From: Octopus vulgaris
Lineage: Eukaryota
DNA: 64,000 nucleotides
Assembly: GCA_951406725.2 (NCBI GenBank)
Contig: OX597819.1
Span: 70,184,001-70,248,000, forward strand
Reading direction: 5' to 3'
Shown: one piece after another, positions 38,602 to 52,473 of the stretch
Numbering within the stretch: position 1 is the first letter of the stretch
Layout of the letters: each line of letters opens with the position of its first letter
The notes under the pieces: generated by a model
Told to the model about the DNA's origin: nothing
Databases searched by the model: none
What the model saw: only the letters and a program-made list of their open reading frames with translations
Program-made: the position numbers and the translations under genes

Positions 38602-40239
38602 GGTTTACATCAAATTTTCAGGTAATTTCATAGCTATTGCCTATTTCTCAGCCATAAAGACACCTCCTACACACACACACACACACATATATATATATGC
38701 TTTCAATAGTCACCTTAATTTAGTCGAATTTTAGGTCAAGCCATTGTTGCTGTTTTTAGTGGTGGGGGGTGGCGGTGGCGGGGGTGGTGGTGGTGGTTGT
38801 GGTGGTGGTGGTGGCGGTGGTGGTGGTAACAGCACTGAGGGCAGTGGTTGTAGTGATTGCTGTTGTTGTTGTTGTTGGTGTTACAGTGGTGGTGGTCGTT
38901 GTTGTCATTGTCATCGCTGAAGGTGGGGGTTGTACAATACACTAAACAACATGTATAGACCGGCCTCAGAACTATTAACAAGACCAACAACAACAACAGC
39001 AGCAGCAGCAGCAGCAACAACAAAGATAATATTCAAGTGCCACAAGTCACAACAACAACAACAACACACAGCTATCAGCTACTACAACACTAACAGTAAC
39101 ATCAACAATAACTAAAAATGTAGTAACAACCACATATTTTGCCATTACAGCACATCACATTATATTACATTTAATTTCTGTGCCTGTATGTGGTTGTTCA
39201 GTTTTCTAGAAATAATACCTTAATCTTCCTCAAATCACATACTACAGTATTAACTGTGAAGAGATATACATTAGCTAATGTTCTCCTACATAATCACATG
39301 ATTTAGTGGTCTTGACACTGGAGATGGATGGAATTTATCTCCCTGCTGGAGACGTAAACAAGAGTGCATTTTGCACCAAAAGCCAATAAGTAGGAATAAA
39401 TACCACCTCTTGGTATTAATATGCCTCTGTCATTGATATACTTTCTTTAACAAGTTCACTAGCTAATTACAACACCAGTACCTATTCTGGCACCGTTATT
39501 CTACATATGCTTTTCTTCTCTAGGCACAAGGCCTAAAACTTTTGGGGAGGGAGCCAATTGATTAGATCAACACCAGTATGTAATTGGTACTTGATTTATC
39601 AACCCCGATAAGATGAAAGGCAGGGTTGACCTCGGCAGAATTTGAACTCAGAACATAAGCACAGATGAAATACTGCTAAGCATTTTGCCCAGCATTGCTT
39701 ACCATTTCTGCCAGCTCGCCGTCTTATCTACCTATAGATATACTTTTCTACTCTAGGCATAAGGCCTGAAATTTTTGGGGAAGAAGCCAGTTGATTAGAT
39801 CGACACCAGTATGCAACTGGTACTTAATTTATCAACCCTGAAAGGATGAAAGGCAAGGTCGGCCTTGGCAGAATTTGAACACAAAACATAAAGACAGACA
39901 AAATACTGCTAAGCATTTCACCCGGCACACTTACGTTTCTGCCAGCTAGCCATCTTATCTACATATGAATATACTTTTTTACTCTAGGCAGAAGGCCCAA
40001 AATCTTTGGGGAGGGGGCTAATACATACATTCCAGTGATGGAGCATTGTATCTTTGTTGGAAAACAGCCCTTTCCTTACAGGGAGATTTCAAATAATTAA
40101 AAATAGAAGAGAACTTACAAACACACATACATGTGTAAATGTAAACATATCTACATATATAGATGTATATGTACATATATAAATGTAGATATACATACAT
40201 ACAAACAAACAAATAAACAAATGAAAGTGGAACAATCAT

Positions 40240-42640
40240 CTCCAATGTTATATATATTTCAAAGGGAATATTCTAAAGACATAGTATTTCTATAATTCTT
40301 TTCATTTTGGCATTAAATCTGTTATCATTCCTGCAACAAAAATCAAATGGCTACATGCTAGGGTCTGCAGCTGTTAGAGATATTAATGTATCTCATAATT
40401 CCTTTGTGAATAACCTGAAGATTTATGCTAAACATGTTAGCAATGCCAAAAAAACGGATGGAATTAGACAACATTTTTCAGCTGAAATAGGAATGGAATT
40501 TGACCAAAAGAAATGTTTGTATTTGATTGTTGAACATGAAAAATCCATCCCCCAGACCCAAAACCTGTACATCAAAAGCCTTACTATCTCTCCTGTTCCA
40601 CTCAAAGAATGCTACAAATACAAATGCTGTGAATAAAAATGAATAGTACTATACCAGACTTCAGAAAATATGGCACTTGAAAATCTCCCCTTACAACAAG
40701 ACAATATTCCACAATGCATTTGCAGTATCAGTGTTGATTCTAATATTTGGAATACTAGACAGATCTGTTGAGGAAATCCACACCATTGACATCAGGACAC
40801 ACAAGATCCTGATATAAACTGGACATTTCCATACAAATTGTGATATTGACAGGCTCTACTTAGCAAGAGATAAAGTGGGTAGAGGCTGGATATCTATGCA
40901 GACAGCCTTCGAATGGCATATAGTCTCTCTCTCTCCAGAGAAACAACAGCAAAAATAAACTAACATTAACTTGATGTGCTGCAAAGTGGTGAGAACAATA
41001 TCTTAAGTGCTGGAAGTGAGCTCTTCAGAAAACACTCTCTTCTTGATGACCTCCCATACAACCGCAAAACAGCTGGACTAAAATACTTCAGAGAAGGCCT
41101 AGATTTGAAATGCTTAGCATTCCAATAAAAGACCATGCATGGATATGCTTCCCAACTTACAAATTTTGGCACAAGGCCAGAAATTTGGGTGTGGGTGGTA
41201 AGTTGATTACATCAACCCCAGTACTCAACTGGTACTTATTTAATCAGCCCCAAAAGGATGAATGACAAAGTCAACTTCAGTGAAATTTGAGCTCAGAAAA
41301 TAGTCAGTCAAAATGCTGCAAAGCATCTAGCCTGATGTGCTAATGATACTACCAACTCACCACGTTAGAAAAAGGTTATATTCTTTTCTACTCTAGGCAC
41401 AAGGACCAAAATTTTGTGGGAGGAGGCCAGTCAACTAGATCGACCCTAGTATGCAACTGGTACTTAATTTATCGATCCAGAAAGGATGAAAGGCAAAGTT
41501 GACCTCAGCAGAATTTGAACTCAGAACATAAAGACAGACGAAATACTGCTAAGCATTTCATCCAGTGTGCTAACATTTCTGCCAGGTCGCTGCTTTAGAA
41601 GATGGTTATATTAACAAAAAGTGCATCCTTCTTGGACTTGTGACCACTACATCACATCACACTTCAAAGGCTACCCATTTGCAATCAAAGATCAAGAGAT
41701 TGTTATTAAATACCTAATCAACAAAAAAGATAGTGAAGCCCTCAAAGATACAACCAAAAATGTAGATTAAGTCATATTTTTGTGGAAGACATCTCACATG
41801 GGATTATCAGCTGTATAAAGATATTATCCAGGTATTACTTCCTTATGCAACATGATGTCATTACCAAAACAATATACAGGGTTATTCAAAATTAAAGAGC
41901 AGATTTCAAATTTATTTTTCAAACAAACAGTAAGAGACTCAAACACATTCTATATATTTCTTGATCGAGGAAGGTTTAAAGTTTATAGCTGAACATGATC
42001 AATTGAATTAAGCCTTAAATAAAATAATATTCTAATTTTGTTTTAATGTTGCATTTTGTTCATTTTATTTAAAGTTGGATAATTTTCATTTGTGTAATCC
42101 TTTAGAAAATGGCAATGCTACAAGAAAAGTCTTTTTGTGTGCAGCAGTTTAAGAAATGTGAATCGATTGTGCAAGTGCAACATGAATTTCACCACCAATT
42201 CAATAAAAATCCACCTCATCACAAGCAAATTTACGAATGGCATAAAAATTTCACAGAAAAAGGTTTCGATGTTTGTCAAGCAACACATGGTGCTCATGCT
42301 GAGTGCATATTACCTTAAAATAAACTTTAAACCTTCCCCTATCAAGAAATATGTAGAATGTGTTTGTGTCTCTTACTCCTTGTTTTAAAAATAAATTTAA
42401 AATCTGCTCTTTCATTTTGAATAACCCTGTATAATGCCATTCAAAATAAAGACTCTTCCTGACATAAATGCAGAGAATCCAACTACTATTGAATACATAC
42501 ACTAACATCAAACAAGAAATATTGGAGAAAATCCCCAACAAGTGACCAAGGAAGATGTGGCACAGTACATAATGGGACAACATGATAGCAATGGGTGTTG
42601 GCCCAAGTGGGGCCAGAAGGAAAGTGAGCAATCAGGATGT
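40240..42640 (+). mobile_element. Degenerate R4/Dong-like LINE (RT and CCHC/RLE region) interrupted by SINEs and a Tc1/mariner element
   Basis: LALNLLS..VSHNSFVNNLKIYA..FSAEIGMEFDQKKC (RT); EDISH..SC..HDVITKTIY|NAI continues across the 41877-42429 insertion. Confidence 0.75.
41877..42429 (+). mobile_element. Tc1/mariner-superfamily internal-deletion derivative with ~110-bp TIRs and TA TSD
   Basis: ta|cagggttattcaaaa...ttttgaataaccctg|ta; HTH N-terminus (QEKSFCV..ESIVQVQHEF..PP..IYEW) fused to C-terminal CQATHGAH. Confidence 0.92.
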
Positions 42641-44090
42641 GTGGAGAAGGTTCATTGTCTGTTGAGCTAACAATGCTGGAGGAAGTAAGAGCTAAGAACA
42701 CTACACTTAAATTACGCAAAATTATTCGTAAACAACTAACAAATACAAGTGTTACCAGTTGAAAGCTTTGCATATCAGACATTAGTAGGCCTATGGGGTC
42801 ATCAGAAGAGAATGCATGCCATTTCAGGTTCTTCCTTGCAATGGCATTATTACTGAGATGAGGCCCTGCTTCCTGGATCAACAGGTTCCTGGACTTCTCT
42901 TGATATTCTTCAAGCCATTGCTCATCGTCACTTCCCGATTTTGTAATACTCAGCCAAACTTCATCCCTACACCACACACACACGCGCTTGCACATATGCA
43001 CACATTTATGTACACACACACATGCTCATACATACACACTTTCATGCACATGTGCATACTCACACACATGCTCACACACACACACACACACACACACGTA
43101 CGCACACACACACACGTACGCACACACCAACACTCACGCACACACACGCACACTCATACTCACAAGCATACACATATATGGTGATGCTAACAACTATAAT
43201 GGTGACACTATTATTGCTACTGCTGAGGCTGCTGCTGCTACACCTACTACTACTACTTACTACAACAACTGTTCCACAACAACTGTTCCTGCTGCTACTA
43301 CTTCTAACACCAGAACCCCAACTACTACTTCTGCTGCTGCTGCTACCACTCCTACCACCACCACTACTACTACCACCACCACTACCCCAAAACTGCTGCT
43401 ACTACTACTACTACAATGCCACTTGATGAATGGACTCCTTTACAAAATAACAAACATAAAAAACATCGCTTGATCATACAAGTGTAGACATTTTGAAGCA
43501 GAGGAAGGAAACCAGTCAGCACTTCCTACCTCGACCAACCCCACCTACATATGATGTCAATACCACCACCACTATTACTACTACTACTTCCATCACCACT
43601 ATCGCCACCTATGCGATTGCCTGCCTTCATTTCACTCACTCGTGATAATTGAATCACTATTGACTTAAATGCATTGAAACTGTGGTTCACACCTTTCTCA
43701 TTTGTATGTTGCATGCACACATGCATACACATGCATAGATCAGTCCATATATATACCATCATCATCATTGTTTAACGTCTGCTTTTCATGCTGGCATGGG
43801 TTGGACGGTTTGACTAAAGGCTGGCAAGCCAGAAGGCTGCACCAGGCTTCAATCTGATCTGGCAAAGTTTCAACAGCTGGATGCCTTTCCTAAAGCCAAC
43901 CACTCCAAGAGTGTTGTGGGTGGTTTTTACATTCCACTGGCACAAGGGCCAGTCAGGTGGTACTAGCATCGACCATGCTTGAATGGTACTTTTTACGTGC
44001 CACCGGCATGGGAGCCAGTCAGGCGGCACTGACAATAACCATGCTTGAATGATGCTTTTTTACGTGCCACCGGTGCTTATATATATATAT

Positions 44091-44516
44091 TAACCAGCTA
44101 GAGGAGATGTCATCTTGGGGTTAAAAAATTGCTGTAGAGTCCACTCAAAGGACAGCCATGTTAAAGTGGCTACCAACATTGCTTATCAGTACAGCGTTGA
44201 TCTCTTAGAGAGATTTTAGGACTAGTACAGTGACTGTGTGTTAGTTTGAAATATATATATATTGCGTGTAGAAGCGAGCAGCTATCATCTCTAGTAGACA
44301 AGGGATCCAGTACTGAGAAATGGCAGAAATAGCCTAAAACCAGGCCTGGTCTACTGGTTCCATCATTAGGAGATGGTTGGGGTTTGGTCCCCTGCTCGCA
44401 GTTTTATCGGATGCAGCTGTGCATCATTAACCAGCTTGAGGAGATGTCCTCTTGGGGTTAAAATATCACAGCAGAGTTTGCTCAAACAGCTAGCTATGTT
44501 AAAGTGGCTACAACTA
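44091..44516 (+). mobile_element. Retrozyme-like element: 337-bp monomer plus ~88-bp terminal redundancy, containing a hammerhead relic (44303-44361)
   Basis: Direct repeats start at 44092 and 44429; ggatccagta-CTGAGAA-atggc..gcct-AAAA-ccaggcctgg-TC-tactggttcc; (TA)n flanks. Confidence 0.7.
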
Positions 44517-45394
44517 TATATACAACTATATATATATATACTCTTTGTCACTCTTTTTACTTGTTTCAGTCATTTGACTGTGTCCATGCTGGAGCACCGC
44601 CTTTAGTCAAACGAATCAACCCCAGGACTTATTCTGTGTAAGGTGAGGGTTGGTGACAGGAAGGGCATCGGGTTGTAGAAAATCAGTCTCAACAAATTCC
44701 ATCTGACCCATACAAACATAGAAAAGTGGAAGTTAAATGATAATGATCACCAGCCCATTTCACACACATATCATCTGCCTTTCCTCTCAGATCCGAAACT
44801 AAACTCTTTCTTTAATCTTTCTTTCCTAAAATCTGCCAATTCTTCAAAATTCCATTTCCCCCCAGACATCAACTTACAGAAGTTTAGCCCTTTAGCATTT
44901 AAACCAGCCATATTCGATTCAAATATTCAACTTGGCCAGATCTTACTTCTCGTGCCTACCCTATAATGTTATTCTAATAATATACAATCACATCATCAAA
45001 TTTTCAAAGCTACAAGATGATATATGATTAATTCAAAAGAATGTAAATGGTTCAGTCCTACTGCATGGCACCTTGGGCTAGTAGCTTCTTCTATAGCCTT
45101 GCGCCAACCAAAGCCTCATCACTGTATTTGGTAGATAGAAACTGAAAGAAGCCTGTCGTGTGTGTGTGTGTGTGTGTGTATTTGTGTGTGTGTTTGTCTC
45201 TCCCACAATTGCTTGACAACCGGTACTGGTGTGTTTATGACGCCATAACTTAGCGGTTCAGCAAAAGGGACCAATAGAATAAGTTCTAGGCTTACCAAGA
45301 GTAAGTCCTGGGGTCAATATCTTCAACTAAAAGTGGTGCTCCAGCATGGATGCAGTCAAATGACTGAAAGAAGTAAAAGAATAAAAGAATACAC

Positions 45395-45765
45395 AAGAAC
45401 ACTCAGAGAGTGCAAACGTCCGCCAAGGCAATGCCAACGTCCTCTCAACAATTATCCAAAGATAACTTTTAAAATGAGAATATCTGAAATAAACTCGACT
45501 GCTCTCACAAACGAGAAAACTAAAAATGAACCTGACCGCTCTCAAAATTTAAGTAAAAAAAACAGGAAAAATAATCCAGAATCCTTGTTCAATACTGGAT
45601 TGATCCCAAAATCTAATCAGTTCATGCCAGTCACAAAGCCAAACATCCTTGAGAATTTCATCCGAATCCATCCAGCGGTCCTTGAGATATTTTGTCCATG
45701 GACAGACAAACAAGCAAACATGACTGAAAACAACACCTCTGCCTACGCTAAGGTGGAGGTAATAA
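45395..45765. mobile_element. Helentron-associated non-autonomous element (HINE-like)
   Basis: acaagaacactcagagagtgcaaacgtccgccaagg ... gaaaacaacacctctgcctacgctaaggtggaggtaata subterminal inverted repeats and hairpin. Confidence 0.6.
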
Positions 45766-46250
45766 GCAATATGTTTGACAAATGCTGGAGGGTTAAATTA
45801 AATATCATCACCATCATTTGACATCCGTTTTCCATGCTGGCATGGGTTGGACAGTTCAACTTGGGCCTGGGAAGCCAGGAGGCTGCACCAGGCACCAGTC
45901 TGATCTAGCAGTGTTTCTACAGCTGCATGCCCTTCCTAACGCCAACGACTCAGAGAGTGTAGTGGATGCTTTTTATGTGCCACTGGCACAGGGGCCAGAG
46001 GAGCTAACTACATGAAGCTTATCTGTCTATGAAGAATTATTAACATCATGAGTGCCACTCTGTTTTACCAAACTAACTTCTAAGCAAATTCATTAGTTGC
46101 TATGGAATCCAATAATTCAACTTTTTTACAGAATAAGAAATGAAACAAACCGCGTAAAATTCCTTCAGGACAAAAAATGTATGAAAAAGAAACGATAAAA
46201 CAGGTTGGATAAATGAAAGACACACAAAAAAGAAAAAAGAAAGCAAAGGA

Positions 46251-46316
46251 CCACTGATGAGGTCACAGATGTGTGATGAAAAAACTCTGGCCGAAATACG
46301 ATTAATATAAAATAAA
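46251..46316 (+). ncRNA. Partial hammerhead-like motif
   Basis: CTGATGA-ggtcacag..ctctggcc-GAAA followed by aataaa; helices I and III not recoverable. Confidence 0.35.
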
Positions 46317-47033
46317 GCTGAGGCAAATGAACACCAAATATATAGTGCGTGTAGTTTTATTAGCTAAACTGGCAATATGACCATCACCAAATACAACAAT
46401 AAGATAAATGAAATGTTTTTGTTAAATGAAAGTTTTGTTATAAGAAAGAGTTTCACAACCCAAAATATTTTTTTGTTAAACAACAATAAAAGAACTATTT
46501 CTTGTCAGCACTGGTTCCACTTCATGGTTTTCTTCAATAAGCAATGCACTCATTAAATGTCATGCAGAAATATTCCATTTCTGTACAAATGAAGAATTTT
46601 CTTGTTTGGCTCAAACAGATGTATCTTTTATCTTTTACTTTTTATTTATTTTGCTTCAGTCATTAGACTGTGGCCATGCTGGAGTAGCACCTTGAAGAAT
46701 TGTTAGCCTTATAAATTGCCTCGTTCTCTTGATCCCTTTTTGCCAAACTGCTAAATTATGAGAATGTTAACACACCAACACTGGTTGCCAAGTGATAGGA
46801 GACAAACACAGACACAAAGACAGTCACACACATTCACACTGGTGTGTTTATGTCCCTGTAACTTAGCAGTTCAGCAAAAGAGTCAATAGAATAAGTATCA
46901 GGCTTTGCTTACCAACCACATGGTTCCGAGTTCAGTCCCACTGTATAGCACCTTAGGCAAGTGCCTTCTACTATAGCCTCAAGCCGACCAAAGCCTTGTG
47001 AGTGGATTTGGTAGATGGAAACTGAAAAGAAGC

Positions 47034-47118
<85 letters not shown>

Positions 47119-48394
47119 TTCTGTGTGTCCCCATCCCCCAACATCGCTTGACAACCAATGCTGGTGTGTTTACGTCCCCATAACATAGCGGTTTAGCAAA
47201 AGAGACCGATAGAATAAGTACTAGGCTTACAAAGAATAAGTCCCGGGGTCGATTTGCTCGACTAAAGGTGGTGCTCTAGTATGGCCATAGTCAAAATGAC
47301 TGAAACAAGTAAAAGAATGAAAGAGAGAAAAAGATGCATGAATATACGTCTGATGAGCATCATCATCCAGTGTTTTAAATCCGGGTTTTGTCCCCATTAA
47401 CGAGTGTGGCCAGATCAACCTCAATGCCATAGCAACCGAGATAGGCAGGTGCAGCCCACCCCAACCTTAGGACTGGCTGGCTGGTTCCCATTCTCCTTTG
47501 CTATCATGGAGCTTTTTTAGAGCTGGATTTTCTGCAGGGAGCGTGCCCTTGCTTACCCCCAACCTCAGTTTCTAGACATATGTGGTCCCGAGGCCAAGCC
47601 CTCTACCACAATTTTTAAGAAATGTGATGGAAAACTAGCTCAGGAAAGCAGGGACTCTACTCCCTGAGATCCCTTTCAGAGCCCACCTACCTAATGATGT
47701 TTTAAATTCCTTTGCGTAGACAAAAACTGATTTATCTTCTGCTGATACCCTATGTCAAAGAAACAACATCATCATCATCATCATCACCACTGTCACCATT
47801 TAATGTCAGTTTTCTGTGCTGCTTAGAGAAGGATAAACTTTATGAATAAATTATGAAACTGTATCATACTATGCGCTGAACACTAAAGTGAATGTAGCTT
47901 TTTTTTTCTTCCTTGTTCTTTAATGAGGAGGACTCGGAAGTTTGGTAAGTGCTGATTAAAAGATAAATATGTATTAGGTACGTGAGTAAGCATCTTTATA
48001 TGTGTGTGTTTCTGTATGGATAAATGTGGATATGTATGTATGTGTATATCTATGTATGCAATGTTATATGTGTAAATGTGGATATGTATGTATGTGTATA
48101 TCTAGGTATGCATTGCTGTATGTGTAAATGTGGATATGTATGTATGTGTATATTTATGTATGCATTTCTGTATGTATAAATGTGGATATCTATGTATGAG
48201 TATATCTATGTATTTTTGTATGTATGCATGTGGATATGTATGTATATGTATATCTACGCATATGCTTATGTATGCATATGTGCATGCACCTATGTATGTA
48301 TATAAGCATGTATATGTGTATGTATATGTGCTTATACTTCATATAAGTAATTAACTGAAGATCAATATTATGTAAATATCACACATATATACAC

Positions 48395-49104
48395 TCACAT
48401 TGTTATATATGTTTGTATACAAGCATGTATATATACATACACACACACACATATATATATATACATACACATATACATATATATACATACACACATACAT
48501 ATATATATACATACACATATACATATATATATACATACACATATACATATATATACATACACACATACATATATATATATACATACACACATACATATAT
48601 ATATACATACACACATACATATATATATACATACACACATACATATATATATACATACACACATACATATATATATACATACACACATACATATATATAC
48701 ATACACACATACATATATATATACATACACACATACATATATATATACATACACACATACATATATATATACATACATGTATATATATACACACATACAT
48801 ACATATACATACATATATACATACATATAGACACATATACATACATATAAATACATATACATACATACATATGTACATACATATAGATATATATATATAC
48901 ATACATATATATATATATACATATTCATATATATACATACACATATACACACATACATATACACACATATATACACATATATATGTACACATATATATAC
49001 ACATATAGATATACACATACATATATACATATACATATACAGATATACACATATACAAATACACATACATATACACATATATATATTATATATATATATA
49101 CAGA

Positions 49105-49192
<88 letters not shown>

Positions 49193-49290
49193 CACACACA
49201 CACATACATACACACACACACACATATATATATATACACACACACACACATATATATAACTATACACATGTACATATACATTACCTACCA
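48395..49290. repeat. Compound (TA)/(CA)/(TACA) microsatellite; similar blocks at 1-270, 37835-38210, 51655-51990, 60900-61390, 62310-62550
   Basis: Direct inspection. Confidence 0.98.
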
Positions 49291-49890
49291 TGTATATGTA
49301 TGCCTGTGTATGTTTGTATCTAGAGATATACACATGTAAATTCATGAATATTTTATACATGTGCACAAGCACCTATACATACAATTTACAAGTATTTCAC
49401 AATCTTTCAGCATTTTTGAATATATAAATTACACATAAATTATGGTGTTTTAGCATGAGCATCCACATGCATATATGTACATGTACATGCATGTGCATAT
49501 AAATTCCTGTATTTGGAAGCTACGGAAAGACTACAGTGGACTAAATGCTGAAAGTGTGAACAAAGAGAGGTACAGAGTGGTAGATATGTATATATATATA
49601 TCATTATCATCATCATCGTTTAACGTCCGTTTTCCCTGCTAGGAAATGGATGTGTGGCATTCAATTAAATAATAAATAGTAAATAATATATAGTGTATAT
49701 ATATATATATAGGCGCAGGATTGGCTGTGTGGTAAGTAGCTTGCTAACCAACCACATGGTTCCGGGTTCAGTCGCACTGTGTGGCATCTTGGGCAAATGT
49801 CTTCTGCTATAGCCCCGGGCCGACCAATGCCTTGTGAGTGGATTTGGTAGATGGAAACTGAAAGAAGCCTGTCGTATAGTCGTATATATG

Positions 49891-49962
<72 letters not shown>

Positions 49963-50212
49963 TGTGTCTGTGTTTGTCCCCCTAGCATTGCTTGACAACT
50001 GATGCTGGTGTGTTTATGTCCCCGTCACTTAGCGGTTCGGCAAAAGAGACCGATAGAATAAGTACTGGGCTTACAAAGAATAAGTCCCAGGGTCGAGTTG
50101 CTTGATTAAAGGCGGTACTCCAGCATGGCCGCAGTCAAATGATTGAAACAAGTAAGAAAAAAAATATACATATATACATAAACAAGAAAAAAGCAACAAA
50201 AATGGATCAATA

Positions 50213-50302
50213 TTTCGGTACAATTGTTTCGTACGAAGACCAGCTTTATTAAGGCTGCAAATATTGCAGTAAATATAAGTGACCCGTACTCATCAGCCGA
50301 AA
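50213..50302 (-). ncRNA. Intact type I hammerhead ribozyme with canonical core
   Basis: tttcgg-CTGATGA-gtacg[49 nt]cgtac-GAAA-caattg-TA^ccgaaa: helix I 6/6 bp, helix II 5/5 bp, palindromic helix III, GUA cleavage triplet. Confidence 0.85.
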
Positions 50303-50876
50303 AAACATCTGAGTTCTCCAAACATCTAAGAGGGTGTGGTTACACTCCTGAAACATCAGGGATAGTTCTATAAAAATCAGATTTAGATAACAAACGGACT
50401 TCCAAAGCTCTTTAATGTTGTACAGTCATATAACAGGTCTTAAAAAAGTATTTTAAAAAACCTTTTAGTTTGCCAGAAAATGAAAATGTAAATCCATCCA
50501 TATTGAAGTAAGTTTGATTTCTGGAGATATGAGGAGAGATTTCATACTCACAGACTATGCATTTATCCATAATTATATATATATATGCATATATGGGAAC
50601 AGGACGTCACCAACAGTTCAAACAATATGAAATACATAAACAACATAGTTAATGGAAAACTCAACAAGTAAATACAGAGAAAGAACCCTTCATCAGTTGT
50701 TGGCTGTCTGTCTACTCCTCATTTCGAACATTCAACAACAATATGAGTCTTCAAAGACAGTTGCTCCCGTAAATTCTAAAATAAAATTTAGGATTTATGG
50801 AGGACCAAAGTTGGGAACAAAAACATGACAGTACACACACACATGCTACACGGAGAAGGGAATAGAGAAGAGATCG

Positions 50877-51038
50877 AATGAGAATCTAAAATATATTTAT
50901 AAACACTCGTGCCACCCACCTGTTGTGTTTAAGAACTTAATCCAAAAGGCTCTAATGGATAATGGCTTTACTGATAAAATCTTTTATAACCCTCAATCAT
51001 CTAGTTGTAAGAATAAGTCTCATAAAATTTTATGGTTC
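50877..51038 (+). mobile_element. Penelope-like element ORF fragment (RT thumb/linker), internally deleted
   Basis: NENLKYIYKHSCHPPVVFKNLI|QKALMDNGF..NKSHKILWF matches the PLE Y..S.HP..K / AL..G[FY] / I.WF pattern. Confidence 0.7.
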
Positions 51039-51199
51039 TATATATATATAGAGAGAGGGTATGAGAGGTAATGGTGTCAGCAGGACCCAAAGGTGTCAGG
51101 TAATGCTGAATAAGTGCTGTGGATAGACCATAGTTGAATTCCAGGTTCGGTGATTATGCGAATAAGGGGTCAAACGTTGGTCATATATGAGCATGTGCA

Positions 51200-51416
51200 T
51201 ATAAAAATTTGTTTTCTGTAATGAGATAAAAAACCAAGGCTGTGAAAATTTTAGAATATTTATAAATAGAAGGTCTTACAGCTGTTTCTAGGATATTTAT
51301 TATATCTCTTCATTATCTCCAATGAAGGGATATAATATCCTAGAAACAGCTGTAAGACCCATTTATAAATGTTCTAAAATCTACACAACCTTGGTTTTTT
51401 ATCTCATTACGGAAAA

Positions 51417-51427
<11 letters not shown>
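51200..51427. mobile_element. Inverted pair of Penelope pLTR fragments, each with a hammerhead relic
   Basis: ~110-bp inverted arms; tct-CCAATGA-agggatat aa tatccta-GAAA-cagctg-TA-aga at 51316-51357 (+) and a mirror copy at 51274-51315 (-). Confidence 0.75.
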
Positions 51428-51454
<27 letters not shown>

Positions 51455-51774
51455 TGACCACTAGCTACTAAAGCTTTCTTTTTATATTCTCTCCCCATTT
51501 ATTTTCTCATGTTCCTTTCTGTTGAAGAGCGTAGGCTCAAAACAGAAAAGACTTTCTCACCTTTCTGAGTATTAAACTAATACACCTGTTTGTTGTTTAT
51601 GCACCTGTCTTAGTCTTTTGTTTTTTGTAAATTTCAACTATATATAGACAGACAGACAGATACATACATACATACATATGTATATATATACATACATATA
51701 TATGTATATATATACATATATATGTATATATATACATATATATGTGTGTGTGTATATATATATACATATATATG

Positions 51775-51807
<33 letters not shown>

Positions 51808-51931
51808 TTATATATATGTGTGTGTGTATGTATATACATATATGTATATATATATACATACATATATATATATACATATATATATATATATGTGTGTGAG
51901 TATGTATATCTATATATATATATATACATAC

Positions 51932-51964
<33 letters not shown>

Positions 51965-52440
51965 CACATATATATATTTAAACACATACACAACATACTT
52001 TTACTCAACCCAAATGATACTGGCTAACCAAGACTTTTTCACTGCAGACATTTGCCAAGTTGCTGCACAGGGGATTGAACCGAGAACCATATGGTTGCAA
52101 AACAACTTATTTAATTTTACACACACACTCACACATCGATAGATGTGTGGTGGGAAAAATGTCGTAATGGGCATGAATGGAATACCTTTGTTCATAAATG
52201 ATCTACTTGACAGTGGCTGATCTAGAGTTAAATGACACCAACTAACACACATCATTGTATCATTATTATTACCAATGTACTACAGTTCAAAACAATCCCA
52301 TTTCTGTCTTTATGAGATATTTATGTTTTAGACATTCCTTAAATAACCAAGATGGCAACACAAAGGCTCGTATTCCTTTTATAGGCAAGAAAGACATTTA
52401 AGACTTGAATAACTGCAAAATCTATAGGAAGCATAAATAA

Positions 52441-52473
<33 letters not shown>

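Noticed and set aside
42486-43019. 177-aa minus ORF as a host exon
   Set aside because: Begins in microsatellite, no convincing splice sites, adjoins LINE debris
47440-47700. Possible HDV-like ribozyme in an RTE-associated segment
   Set aside because: Only one candidate helix; no P1.1, L3 or catalytic strand pattern
48351-49372. Long ORFs rich in YI/HT/CV (also 37721-38277, 51597-52027, 60762-61578 and others)
   Set aside because: Translations of TA/CA microsatellites, open in several frames on both strands
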